From Promethearchaeota archaeon (lineage in GTDB: Archaea; Asgardarchaeota; Lokiarchaeia; Sigyniarchaeales; SOKP01), in the NCBI GenBank assembly GCA_004524535.1, contig SDNY01000041.1, positions 1-28,979 on the forward strand: DNA of 28,979 bases, in the 5' to 3' direction. Shown here in pieces: positions 18,777 to 28,239 of the stretch. The translations under genes and the position numbers were made by a program. The first letter of the stretch is position 1; each line of letters begins with the position of its first letter. The notes below the pieces were generated by a model. The model had not been told where the DNA came from, made no database searches, and saw only the letters and a program-made list of their open reading frames with translations.

Positions 18777-20147
18777 ATGGATAATAAAGTTGATGTTTAT
18801 AGTTTAGCTAAATACGGTTTAAATTTAGCAGAAAAAAGTAATTCAAATTTAAGATGTGCAGAAATATTTTTTGGCAAAAACAAATATATAAATATTGAAA
18901 TCGAGGAAAACTCTATTAAAAACAGCGAGATTGGGAGCGATTTTGGTGTTTCAATAAGAGTAATTGACAAACAGGGGTCACTCGGATTTACATTTACGAA
19001 TAACTTAGAAAAAAAGTCAATTGAAAAGATGATTACAATAGCAATTAAAATGATGAATGCTGGTACGGAAGATTTAGATTTTAAGAATTTACCAGAAAAA
19101 TATAATGTATATCCAAGTGTGAAGGGTTTATTTGATTCTAACTTAAAGAATTTACAGATTGAAGATTCTGTAAGATATGCTAAGGATGTAATTAAAATAT
19201 GCAACGAAGACGAAATGGCGATATCTCAATCAGCAAATTTTATATCCAACTATTCAGAAAAATACATTTTTAACACGAATGGTATAGAAATTAATGGTAA
19301 TGAGACAAGTTGTACAATTTCTTCAAATATTATCGTTAAGGATAAAATAAGGAAAGAAACATCATCTGGTAATGATTGGCAATCAAAAAGAAGTTTAAAA
19401 GAAATTACCCCCGTAAAAATTGCTAAAAATGCATTAGAAGATGCTAAACGAAATTTAAATCGCATTAAAATAAAAAACATGAAAGTTCCGTTAATATTAA
19501 CACCCAAAGGTACAATTAGATTTATTTTAAGCCCAATTGCTTCAGCCGTAAATGGAGAAACTTTCCAATATAAGAGAAGTTTTCTTGTTGGTAAGATAAA
19601 TGAAATTATTGGGTCAGACTATTTAAATATTGAGGACAATGCCTTAATTGATGGACTAATTGGTTCAGCTCAATTTGATGGCGAAGGTGTTCCTTGTAAA
19701 AACAAAAAAATTATAGAAAACGGTAAATTTCTTCGATTGATACATAATAGCTATACAGCAGGAAAAGAAGGAATTGAAAGTACGGGTAATGCTTCTCGAA
19801 GTTCGTATAGTTCAGTCCCTTCAATCGGCGTTTCTAATTTTATTCTGAAAAATGGTGATTATACTAAGGATGAAATCATAAAAAACGTTAAAGAAGGAAT
19901 AATTTTAGATTATACCGGTGATTCTCCAAATATCACAACGGGCGATTTTTCAGGATTAATACTTCACGGCAATATAATTAAAAATGGAGAAATAAAGGAA
20001 TCATTAAATGAAACTATGTTTGGGATAAATCTTTTAGATCTTTTCAAAAATATTGATGCTGTTTCTAAAGAATTTAATATTTATGGTGGTTATCAAGCCC
20101 CTTTTGTAAGAATCAAAGAAGTGAGGATTATTGGATCAGCAAATTAA
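18777..20147 (+). CDS. tldE: TldE/PmbA non-catalytic partner subunit
   Basis: GVSIRV...GSLGF, SFL.GK, FDGEGVP, STGNASR, TTGDFS, ETM motifs; lacks HExxxH; starts immediately after the tldD stop. Confidence 0.9.
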   Translation: MDNKVDVYSLAKYGLNLAEKSNSNLRCAEIFFGKNKYINIEIEENSIKNSEIGSDFGVSIRVIDKQGSLGFTFTNNLEKKSIEKMITIAIKMMNAGTEDLDFKNLPEKYNVYPSVKGLFDSNLKNLQIEDSVRYAKDVIKICNEDEMAISQSANFISNYSEKYIFNTNGIEINGNETSCTISSNIIVKDKIRKETSSGNDWQSKRSLKEITPVKIAKNALEDAKRNLNRIKIKNMKVPLILTPKGTIRFILSPIASAVNGETFQYKRSFLVGKINEIIGSDYLNIEDNALIDGLIGSAQFDGEGVPCKNKKIIENGKFLRLIHNSYTAGKEGIESTGNASRSSYSSVPSIGVSNFILKNGDYTKDEIIKNVKEGIILDYTGDSPNITTGDFSGLILHGNIIKNGEIKESLNETMFGINLLDLFKNIDAVSKEFNIYGGYQAPFVRIKEVRIIGSAN

Positions 20148-20163
20148 ACTACGATCCAAGATA

Positions 20164-20712
20164 TTAAGAAATTATTGTTAAACGCAACCATAAGATATCG
20201 TAGAATTCTCTCTCACTGTCAGTATATTCCCATAATTCCACAATTATAATTTTATCTGTTCCATTTTCAGGAAAAGACACGCTCAATTCATCAGATTCCC
20301 AGTCCTCGTTTGGTTTTAAAGTTTCTTTATCTGTTGAATAAAGATATTCTGCGTTCTGTGATCCATCTGAACTTAGTTCAGTTTCACTATCTCCTCTATA
20401 AACTCTAACTTTAAATGTGAAATCACCACTTAATGCACTTGCCTTCCATTCAACAGTAACATAAAATTGGATTTCTTGGTTAACGTATGCGACCGTTGGA
20501 TAATCTTCTGCTTCTTTACGATGGTTAAGAATTCCAAAACCAACATAGTCCTCTTCTTGTGAGAAATTAAAATACCAAATATAATAAATAATAAAGCCAG
20601 AAACAATTACTATACCCATTAATAAACTAACTTTAAGAATTTTTTGAAATCGTATATTTTCAATCCGTAATTCGGCTTTTTCTTGTTCTTTACGTTTATT
20701 TGATTTGCTCAA
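20164..20712 (-). CDS. Membrane-anchored DUF1616-like protein
   Basis: Single N-terminal TM helix, then FGILN....AEDYPT and a beta-rich domain ending LWLRLTI; TTG start overlapping the upstream gene end is inferred. Confidence 0.68.
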   Translation of the reverse strand: MSKSNKRKEQEKAELRIENIRFQKILKVSLLMGIVIVSGFIIYYIWYFNFSQEEDYVGFGILNHRKEAEDYPTVAYVNQEIQFYVTVEWKASALSGDFTFKVRVYRGDSETELSSDGSQNAEYLYSTDKETLKPNEDWESDELSVSFPENGTDKIIIVELWEYTDSEREFYDILWLRLTIIS

Positions 20713-21766
20713 TATCCTTAAACCACGCAATGGTTTTTTTTAAACCCTCTTCTGTTGAAGTTGTTGGTTGCCAATTTAGAATATCTTTTGCCTTTTTTAA
20801 AACCGGACATCTTCTAACAGGATCATCAATAGGAAGTGGATGATATGTTATTTTCGAATTTGAATTTGTTATATTAATTATTAATTTTGCTAATTCAAGA
20901 ATTGTGAGTTCTTTATCATTTCCAAGATTGATAACCTCTCCAATTGCTTCATCTTTATGGACGGTTTTTAATATGCCCTCAATTTCATCCACAACATAAG
21001 TAAAAGAACGTGTCTGGGATCCATCGCCAAATATAGTTATATCTTCATCGTTTAAAGCTTGGTGTATAAAATTTGGAATAACTCTACCAAATTCAGCTCC
21101 ATATCGAATGCGTGGACCAGAGGTGTTAAAAATCCTAATAATTTTCGTTCTTAAATTATGTTCAAGTTCATAAGCTTTTATAAAAGCTTCTCCAGCTCTT
21201 TTTGATTCATCGTAACAACTGCGAGGACCTACAGGATTCACATGTCCAAAATAACTTTCAGATGTAGGAACTGCTTCTTTTGGAGGATTTCCGTAAATCT
21301 CTGATGTGCTCGTGTAGAAGAATATAGAATTATGTTTCTTAGCGACATTTAATGCGATCATTGTCCCAAGCGTATTACTTTTAAGAATAGATATTGGATA
21401 TTGTTTGAATTCAAAAGGCGATGCTCTGCTTGCCATATGTATAACGATATCAATTTTCTTAATATCTCCTATACAAATACCACGTGGATGATGAGTCAAA
21501 CCAAAATAAATTGGCTTAGAAATATCGTGATTTAGAAATCTAAAATTTTCTTCTTCCATTAAATGAGATATATTTTCATAGCGTCCTGATGATAAATTGT
21601 CCAAACAGATACAATACGCTCCTTGTTTAACCAAAACATCACAAACCCATGAACCGAGAAATCCAGCGCCCCCTGTCACTAATATTGCTCTATTTTTAAA
21701 GGAGATATTATCTTTCTCAATTCTATTTATTATTTCTTGGATATCATCATTAATGTTATAGCTCAT
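20696..21766 (-). CDS. UDP-glucuronic acid decarboxylase family NAD-dependent SDR
   Basis: VTGGAGFLGS, HMASRASP, STSEIYG, VNPVGPRSCYDESKR, GDGSQTRSF.YV.D, LP.DDP.RR.P. Confidence 0.92.
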   Translation of the reverse strand: MSYNINDDIQEIINRIEKDNISFKNRAILVTGGAGFLGSWVCDVLVKQGAYCICLDNLSSGRYENISHLMEEENFRFLNHDISKPIYFGLTHHPRGICIGDIKKIDIVIHMASRASPFEFKQYPISILKSNTLGTMIALNVAKKHNSIFFYTSTSEIYGNPPKEAVPTSESYFGHVNPVGPRSCYDESKRAGEAFIKAYELEHNLRTKIIRIFNTSGPRIRYGAEFGRVIPNFIHQALNDEDITIFGDGSQTRSFTYVVDEIEGILKTVHKDEAIGEVINLGNDKELTILELAKLIINITNSNSKITYHPLPIDDPVRRCPVLKKAKDILNWQPTTSTEEGLKKTIAWFKDIEQIK

Positions 21767-21920
21767 TTCAACAACGACTATTATAAGTTTTTTTAATGAT
21801 TTTTATATGTAAAATTTTCTTTAAGATTTATTCTTTTTTAAAAAAAAGGAATTTATAGATATAAGTTTATCTTAGGAATGGAAAAAATCTGCAAATATTT
21901 AAAAAAAGCTATTAAAAAAT

Positions 21921-22526
21921 TTAGAAGCGTTTTGAGCCACAATATTGGCAAAATTTTAATTCAATTGGATAATGCTTCCCGCAATTGGAGCATTTTATTA
22001 GAGAATTTTTAAGAATCTGTTCTCCTAACATCTTAAAAGCATTTTCTACATTTTCTCCCGTTTTTGCCGAAGTAGACATGATTTCTCCTTCAAAGTTATA
22101 TTGATTAAAAACCTCCATCGCATCTTCTCTCGACACTTCCCTTTGGTCTTCCAAATCTATTTTATGCTCTAATAATATTTTCGTCCTTGGAGGATTTTGA
22201 ACATTATCTATGATATTTATCCAATTGTGAAGATCTTCCAATGAATCTTTATTTGTAATATCGTAAAGCATTAATGCCCCGGATGCACCAGAAACATAAG
22301 AAGGAAAAAGAATACGGAACTTTTTTTCGCCCCCGAAATCCCAAAGATTTAAGAGAATATCGATTGAACTTCCATCGTCCGTGTTCACAGCAACTTTTTT
22401 GGTTTCAAAATCTACGCCTATGGTAGATAATGTGCTTTTATCAAATTTCCCAGTTGCGTATCGTCGAAGGAGGGAGGTTTTTCCCGCATTTTTGGCTCCC
22501 GCAATGACAACCTTAAATTTGATAAT
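21921..22526 (-). CDS. Rab-like small GTPase with C-terminal zinc ribbon (inferred ATT start, 201 aa)
   Basis: The frame extends 46 codons beyond the listed ORF and contains G1 GAKNAGKT and G2 STIGVDF; also WDFGG, HKID, TSAKTGENV and CSNC..CQYC. Confidence 0.88.
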   Translation of the reverse strand: MIKFKVVIAGAKNAGKTSLLRRYATGKFDKSTLSTIGVDFETKKVAVNTDDGSSIDILLNLWDFGGEKKFRILFPSYVSGASGALMLYDITNKDSLEDLHNWINIIDNVQNPPRTKILLEHKIDLEDQREVSREDAMEVFNQYNFEGEIMSTSAKTGENVENAFKMLGEQILKNSLIKCSNCGKHYPIELKFCQYCGSKRF

Positions 22527-22786
22527 TTTTCTCTCACCTAATTTGCTGAATAGGATAATTAGAGATCCTACTACGAAGATTCATTGTTCTGAGTGAAGTA
22601 CTCTTCATTTCTTATCTAATTATTAGTTTAATAGTATATAAGTATTAATATATTTAATTATTTATAGATTCTTTCTTATTTTAAGGTTTTTATAAAAAGG
22701 AAAAAAATAAGAAATAATATGGAAAGAAAAACCAAAATATTATTTTATTGAAATCTAAAGCTCAACTAAAATGGGAAAGAATTTAT

Positions 22787-23731
22787 TTATATGTTAATCT
22801 TTATTTTATCAAGATTAACATCATATAAGATCCTCCACAAATCTTTATTAATCCTATCTGGTAAAAATGGACTTTCAAGGTATAATCTTCCATCTAATTC
22901 CCCTATTTTAGGTACAACTTGATCATAAGCATAATTCTCATCAGGTGGTCCTGCAGGGGTATCCCAGTCGTTTATTACCTCCCAAATACCAGCAGAGATC
23001 TCGTCTATTAAGTCAAAATATTGGATTAATTTGTCCCCTAATAGTTTTGGATTATTCGAAAAGTCCTTCGAAAGGATATTAATTAGAATTTTCTTAAAAA
23101 AAGGTTCATCGACTAAATTAGGTATTCTAGTAGAAGAACTACTGGAATTGCATCGATAGTAGCTTATAGAGTGAAAAAGTTTAAAAATTTTTAACCAATG
23201 ATCAAAATCTTTACCTTTCCGACTTAACACATTTATAAAATTAAAGTCGTCGAACAAGGCTTTGCGTTCTTCTCTTGAAAAATGATCTAAATATCCTTTA
23301 TTTAATAAGAAAGTTATAATTTTAAAATAGCCACTTTTAAATCTCTTAGCTACTTCCTCTTTAAATACTTGTTTTGCTTTGTTATCTCCCAATTCTACTA
23401 ATTTTCTTAATAAAGGAAAAGCGAAACTACTGTTGATTAATTTTGTATTATAATTATTTTCCACCCATGCCTGCATAGTAGAACAATAACCCCAGAATTC
23501 CTCCTCTGGAGTAATTCTTTTTTCTGCTCTAAAGAAATCTCCTGAGTTTTTATAAATTTTAGAAGCTTCATCAATAATAGATTCAACCTGATCATCATGC
23601 CGAATTTTATCTAAGGGGATATTTAATACAAGCGCCATACATTGGTCGAACCTCTCCCCTTTAATATAAAGGCGAGTCTTACCATCCTCGAGCTTTAGCG
23701 TGATATACTCGTTAACCTTGAATTCTTTCAT
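22787..23731 (-). CDS. Lokiarchaeal-type expanded-family protein (N-terminal domain usually fused to LRRs), here without LRRs
   Basis: EFKVNEYITLKLEDGKT..YI.G..F.QC, ITPEEEFWG.CS..QAWVENNY.T, AFPLLRKL...GD..AK.VFKEE..KRF; recognised from memory of lokiarchaeal proteins. Confidence 0.7.
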   Translation of the reverse strand: MKEFKVNEYITLKLEDGKTRLYIKGERFDQCMALVLNIPLDKIRHDDQVESIIDEASKIYKNSGDFFRAEKRITPEEEFWGYCSTMQAWVENNYNTKLINSSFAFPLLRKLVELGDNKAKQVFKEEVAKRFKSGYFKIITFLLNKGYLDHFSREERKALFDDFNFINVLSRKGKDFDHWLKIFKLFHSISYYRCNSSSSSTRIPNLVDEPFFKKILINILSKDFSNNPKLLGDKLIQYFDLIDEISAGIWEVINDWDTPAGPPDENYAYDQVVPKIGELDGRLYLESPFLPDRINKDLWRILYDVNLDKIKINI

Positions 23732-23954
23732 ATTGAATTTTCTTTTTGTCTTATATTAAATGTATCTATTCGATTATTTAAATTTCACAAATAGATAGAT
23801 TAATTTTATTTAAAGAGTTAAAAAAGAAAAAATTATTATTTATATCCTTTAAATTAAAGAAATTAGGAGGTCTAAATTTGCTAAATGTAAAAGTGAAATT
23901 TATATCGAGAGGATTAGGTGGTGGAGAGAAAAATATAAACAAATATTTACTGAT

Positions 23955-26303
23955 TTACGATTTACTTTGGTATTTCCATCTTGCTATTTTATAGATATCT
24001 TGAGCAATTTTTTTACCAATGTTCTCAACTTTCATTAATTCTCCAATGTCAGAATTAACTATATTTTTTAGAGTTTTTAACTCACGCAGTAAATTTTTAG
24101 CTCTTAAAGAATTCACACCGGGAATTCCAGCAACGATATATTCTAATAAATGAGAAAATTCAATGGGGGCTTTATCAAATCGTAATTTAATGTTACTTTT
24201 TGATACAGATTGCTCTTTTTTAGCTAGTTGATATAAAAACATCGCGGTTTCTGTAGAATTTTTTGTCTTATATATCATTATCCCTAAATTTAGGAGAATT
24301 GAAGTTATTGCTCCATAAAGAGCATTCTCGTTAATGTTTGAATTTAAAAAAGGATCTCCTTCTAAAATTAAAATTGGTCTCTCAAAATTATTTTTTAATT
24401 CTATTAATTCGTTAAATAACCTGCCATCTTTTAAAGAATCATTAAAATCTTGAGATGCTTTTCTTTCAATACCAACCCTATTCGAAATTATGTAATCGGC
24501 TACGGCTAACTGTTCTAATTTTAAATTTATTCCAATTAACGATAAATTTCGAACAACAGGGGATGAAGTTTCTCGGTTATCACATATGATCCTAAATTCA
24601 TTGGCACCATCGATATTAGTTATTGAAATGTGCTCTTTTTCTTCTACTTCTCTTTTTTCATTCTTCTTTTCTTTTTCTTCAGAAATAAAATCTAAAAGAT
24701 TAGGTTGTCCCGATTTAATTTGGTTTTCAGATTCTTTCATTTTCTTTAAACTTTCATTCATATTTTTTTCTTTTCTTTTTTCAGCCCAATAATATCCTTC
24801 GTCCCTTGTATCTTTGGCCATCAATATGAAAACTTTACCTTCTTTCTTTCTTCCTGTGCGACCACGACGTTGTATGGAACGTATCGCACTAGGCACAACA
24901 TCATAAAAAACAACTAAGTCGCATTCTGCGATATCAAGTCCTTCTTCAGCAACGCTAGTCCCTATCAACGTGTTATAAATACCTTCTCTGAATTCTTCCA
25001 ACAATTTTATTTGTTCCTTTTGAGTCAAACCTTTGTCAAAGCCTTTATTTGCTTGTCCAACGAATTTATGAGCTTTAATTAACTTATCATTTTCAAAAAA
25101 ACGCACTATATTATTTACTGAATCTCTAAAATGACAAAATACTAATATTCTTGATTCTTTATTATCTTTCAATTGATTAGACAATATCTCTTTTAACTTT
25201 CCTAATTTTGGATGATTAATTCCTTCAGATAAGAACTTATATGTTAATTGCTTTACGCGCTTGAAATCTTCATCGAAAAATAATTCTTTTAATGATTTGT
25301 TTGCAGTATTTTTCTTAATCTTTTCTTCATTCTTTTCAATATAATCCTTTAATGCGTTAATTCCTTGAGTTTCAATTAGTTCTAACATATGGGATATTCT
25401 AATTGCATTTGCTTGCAATTTTTTAGCATAAAACATTTGGAATTTTTCATTGGTATCTCTTGTTGCAGAAATCTTACCGTTAATTATTCTATTTAACTTT
25501 AACAAATCTTTTCTGGTGATTTTATTGATATCGTAGGAAGCCAATAATTCATTTTGTTTTAACCATTTATAAATTTCTTTTAATTTTTCTGTAAGTATTT
25601 TTTTTATATCTAAAAATTCTTTTGGAAGCTTAATTTTAACCCATTCATTATCTACATTATGGATATATGGTTTCACATCCAAGTCTTTTTCAGTTCTAAC
25701 TTCTACGTGATCGATGTATAGATTAGTCTTAATCTCATTAATCTTCTCCTCTGTAGACCCAGGACTTGCCGTGAGACCTAATATTTGGGGAAAATTTGAT
25801 TCTTCTAAATATTTTTTAGCAATAAAACAATACGCATAATCCCCTACTGCTCTATGACATTCATCAAAAATAATTAATGATATCTCTTTAATTGAATAAA
25901 GGTTTGATATAATATCGTTTTGAAGTACTTGAGGTGTCATAAAAGCAACTTCTAAATTTTTCCATATTTTTTTCCTTTTTTCGGGTACTATTGATCCCGT
26001 AATGGGCTTTAACGATTCTGGTGGAAGTAGAGTAAATTCTAAAAATGATTTATAATGTTGTTCTACTAATGGTTTTGTTGGCGCTAAAAAAACAACTTTG
26101 GAATTTGATTTTTCAGTTAATCTATGCACAGCTAGCATAAGAGCTATGATTGTTTTACCCAAACCCGTGGGAATTACGACTAAACAATTACAATTTAAGC
26201 ATTTAATAAAGATTTTTTCTTGATATGCTCTCCTTATAATTAAATCTTTCCTAATTAACGGATGAGTAATAAATTCTTTAGCTTTCGATAATGAAATCAC
26301 CAT
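23955..26303 (-). CDS. hef: Hef helicase/nuclease (FANCM-like DEAH helicase + ERCC4/XPF nuclease + HhH2)
   Basis: PTGLGKT, DECHRA.G.YAY, LTASPG, SVAEEGLDI, QRRGRTGR, then DNRE, ADY, ERK...DF..S..DGRL and GIPGV/IGKKIA HhH motifs. Confidence 0.95.
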   Translation of the reverse strand: MVISLSKAKEFITHPLIRKDLIIRRAYQEKIFIKCLNCNCLVVIPTGLGKTIIALMLAVHRLTEKSNSKVVFLAPTKPLVEQHYKSFLEFTLLPPESLKPITGSIVPEKRKKIWKNLEVAFMTPQVLQNDIISNLYSIKEISLIIFDECHRAVGDYAYCFIAKKYLEESNFPQILGLTASPGSTEEKINEIKTNLYIDHVEVRTEKDLDVKPYIHNVDNEWVKIKLPKEFLDIKKILTEKLKEIYKWLKQNELLASYDINKITRKDLLKLNRIINGKISATRDTNEKFQMFYAKKLQANAIRISHMLELIETQGINALKDYIEKNEEKIKKNTANKSLKELFFDEDFKRVKQLTYKFLSEGINHPKLGKLKEILSNQLKDNKESRILVFCHFRDSVNNIVRFFENDKLIKAHKFVGQANKGFDKGLTQKEQIKLLEEFREGIYNTLIGTSVAEEGLDIAECDLVVFYDVVPSAIRSIQRRGRTGRKKEGKVFILMAKDTRDEGYYWAEKRKEKNMNESLKKMKESENQIKSGQPNLLDFISEEKEKKNEKREVEEKEHISITNIDGANEFRIICDNRETSSPVVRNLSLIGINLKLEQLAVADYIISNRVGIERKASQDFNDSLKDGRLFNELIELKNNFERPILILEGDPFLNSNINENALYGAITSILLNLGIMIYKTKNSTETAMFLYQLAKKEQSVSKSNIKLRFDKAPIEFSHLLEYIVAGIPGVNSLRAKNLLRELKTLKNIVNSDIGELMKVENIGKKIAQDIYKIARWKYQSKS

Positions 26304-26486
26304 TAAACATAATTCCTTTGTAGCATATAATAATATGATTCAAAGTCATTATTTAAAATAATAGAGTCTGAAGGATCTCTTAAAATAAATTAATATCATA
26401 TTGATAATTAGTATCATAAGAATAAATTATAATATTAAATATGAAAATTTTAATTCCTAATACTCATTATTTTAAATTGTTTAATT

Positions 26487-26561
26487 GCGCGAGTGGTTTA
26501 GCTTGGCGATAACGACACGCTCACACCGTGTAGGGCGAGGGTTCGAATCCCTCCTCGCGCA
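26487..26561 (+). tRNA. tRNA-Val(CAC), intronless, CCA not encoded
   Basis: Acceptor GCGCGAG/CTCGCGC, anticodon arm ACACG-CTCACAC-CGTGT, T arm GAGGG-TTCGAAT-CCCTC, discriminator A. Confidence 0.95.
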
Positions 26562-26631
26562 TTATTATTATGTCAATAAAAACCAAAAAAGTTATATGAT
26601 ATCATATATGTTATTGGGTAATGACTTATTT

Positions 26632-26955
26632 TTGGTTAGTTTAACTGTGCCTGAATCAAGTTTCTTACAATCTCGTAATTTACGTAAACTCTATAAAGAA
26701 GTAAAAGAATATATTAAGATTGGAACAATCTTTTTAACTCGGTATGAAAAAGCTCGAATAGTAGGTGCACGTGCATTACAGATAAGTTTTGGGGCCCCTA
26801 TATTAATTGAAAAGCCAAAAAATATGATTGATCCTATTAGAATTGCTCAATTAGAACTTAGAGAAGGTATCCTACCGCTCACTATACGCCGTGAACTGCC
26901 TTCAGGAGAATGGCAAGATATACCAATAAATAAACTTATTTTAAAAAAAGATTAA
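26632..26955 (+). CDS. rpo6: DNA-directed RNA polymerase subunit Rpo6 (K/omega)
   Basis: LTRYEKARIVGARALQISFGAP and ELREG.LPLTIRR.LP; the start is uncertain (TTG at 26632 chosen, since the listed ORF start overlaps the tRNA). Confidence 0.93.
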   Translation: MVSLTVPESSFLQSRNLRKLYKEVKEYIKIGTIFLTRYEKARIVGARALQISFGAPILIEKPKNMIDPIRIAQLELREGILPLTIRRELPSGEWQDIPINKLILKKD

Positions 26956-26984
26956 AATAATTTTGAAATAATACCCTTTCAATC

Positions 26985-27431
26985 TTATTGAATGTATTCT
27001 TTCCCTTTATCAGTAAGAAAATAAACTCTTTCCTGGTTGACGATATCAAAACCTATATAATTCTTATGAATCAACCGATCGAGTAATAATTCTAACTGTT
27101 CTTTATTAAATGGTTCAATTCCTAAGGGAATTCTACTCTGATTAACAACAATTGCTATTCGCCTTAGGAATAATCTTTTTCCTACGAAAGATTCAAGTAT
27201 AGTTATCTCATCATTACTAAGTTCTTCAGATACACTTTCCTCTTGTCCGAACTGTTTCAAAGCATCTGATAATTTCTTTGTTTCTTGACTCATTTCCTGT
27301 TTTTTAACTTCAACATGCTCTAATTCAACTAAATCTTTTGCAACAATCTTCTTTTTATCTTGAGTAGTTTTTTGCTGTGATAAATTTGTGATATCTTCTT
27401 TTTCTTCATCTTCATCTTTTTCAATATCCAT
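26985..27431 (-). CDS. Hypothetical protein with acidic N-terminus and winged-helix-like C-terminus
   Basis: LS.DE..IL..F...LE.LLDRL..K.YI.......VYFLTDKGK resembles a wHTH wing. Confidence 0.65.
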   Translation of the reverse strand: MDIEKDEDEEKEDITNLSQQKTTQDKKKIVAKDLVELEHVEVKKQEMSQETKKLSDALKQFGQEESVSEELSNDEITILESFVGKRLFLRRIAIVVNQSRIPLGIEPFNKEQLELLLDRLIHKNYIGFDIVNQERVYFLTDKGKEYIQ

Positions 27432-27520
27432 AATATTAAAATAAATCATGTAATTATAAAAATATTATATTATTATCCAAACATTGCCATCCAAATATTA
27501 AAGATAATAGAATATCTATA

Positions 27521-28081
27521 ATGAAAAAAACAATTAAGCTTAAAAACGGCGAAAAAGTTATCATTAGACATTTAAAAGAGTCCGATAAAGATGGTGTTTG
27601 GAAAAACTTTAACGATGTATTAGAAGAAGGAATATATCTGCCAGTTTTTACACCAGTCATATTAGAAGTAGAAAAAGACTCTTGGTACGAGAATATTAGA
27701 AGGGAGAAGGAAATATGCATCTTAGCTGAAATTCCAACTCTGAAATCCCCTCTTAACATTATTGGACAATGCGAAATATCAAATTTAGAATGGGAAGCAG
27801 CCACTCATGTTGGAAACCTTGGAATTATTGTTAGTCAAAAATATCGCAATATGGGAATAGGTTTCACCCTTATAGATTCGGCGATTCGTGAATCCAAAAT
27901 TTTAAACAATAAAGAAAAAATAGTATTAAGTTGTTTCTCAACTAATAAAAGTGCCTTACATCTTTATAAAAAACTAGGTTTTCAAGAAGTCGGATTAAAA
28001 AAAAAACAATTTTATATGAACTCGATTTACTACGACGAAATAATCATGGAACTATGGATTGACGATTACTTAGAAAAATAA
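27521..28081 (+). CDS. GNAT family N-acetyltransferase
   Basis: HVG.LGI.V..KYRNMGIG, N..A..LYKKLGF.E.G. Confidence 0.92.
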   Translation: MKKTIKLKNGEKVIIRHLKESDKDGVWKNFNDVLEEGIYLPVFTPVILEVEKDSWYENIRREKEICILAEIPTLKSPLNIIGQCEISNLEWEAATHVGNLGIIVSQKYRNMGIGFTLIDSAIRESKILNNKEKIVLSCFSTNKSALHLYKKLGFQEVGLKKKQFYMNSIYYDEIIMELWIDDYLEK

Positions 28082-28239
28082 TTTTTTTTAAATTTATCAA
28101 AAACAGAGGAATTTAGGCAATTTAAAAAGTTTTTATTTCATAAGACATATTAATATTTTAATTATAAGAAATTAATTAGGAATTCTAATAACAGAATTTA
28201 TTATCTTAGAGTAATACTTCCAAAAAAATTAATAGAGTT

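Noticed and set aside
21455-21515. Apparent ~14-aa insertion (FGLTHHPRGICIGD) in the UDP-glucuronate decarboxylase as a second intron
   Set aside because: It is in frame with no stop, and I found no BHB pairing at plausible junctions; more likely a surface loop.
26485-26631. N-terminal extension of the Rpo6 ORF
   Set aside because: It overlaps the tRNA-Val gene; an artefact of taking the first start codon.
1554-27804. Short antisense or nested ORFs in the track (e.g. 2010-2261, 7688-7897, 15464-15772, 18797-19204, 22381-22596, 27454-27804)
   Set aside because: They shadow well-supported genes and have no recognisable motifs.
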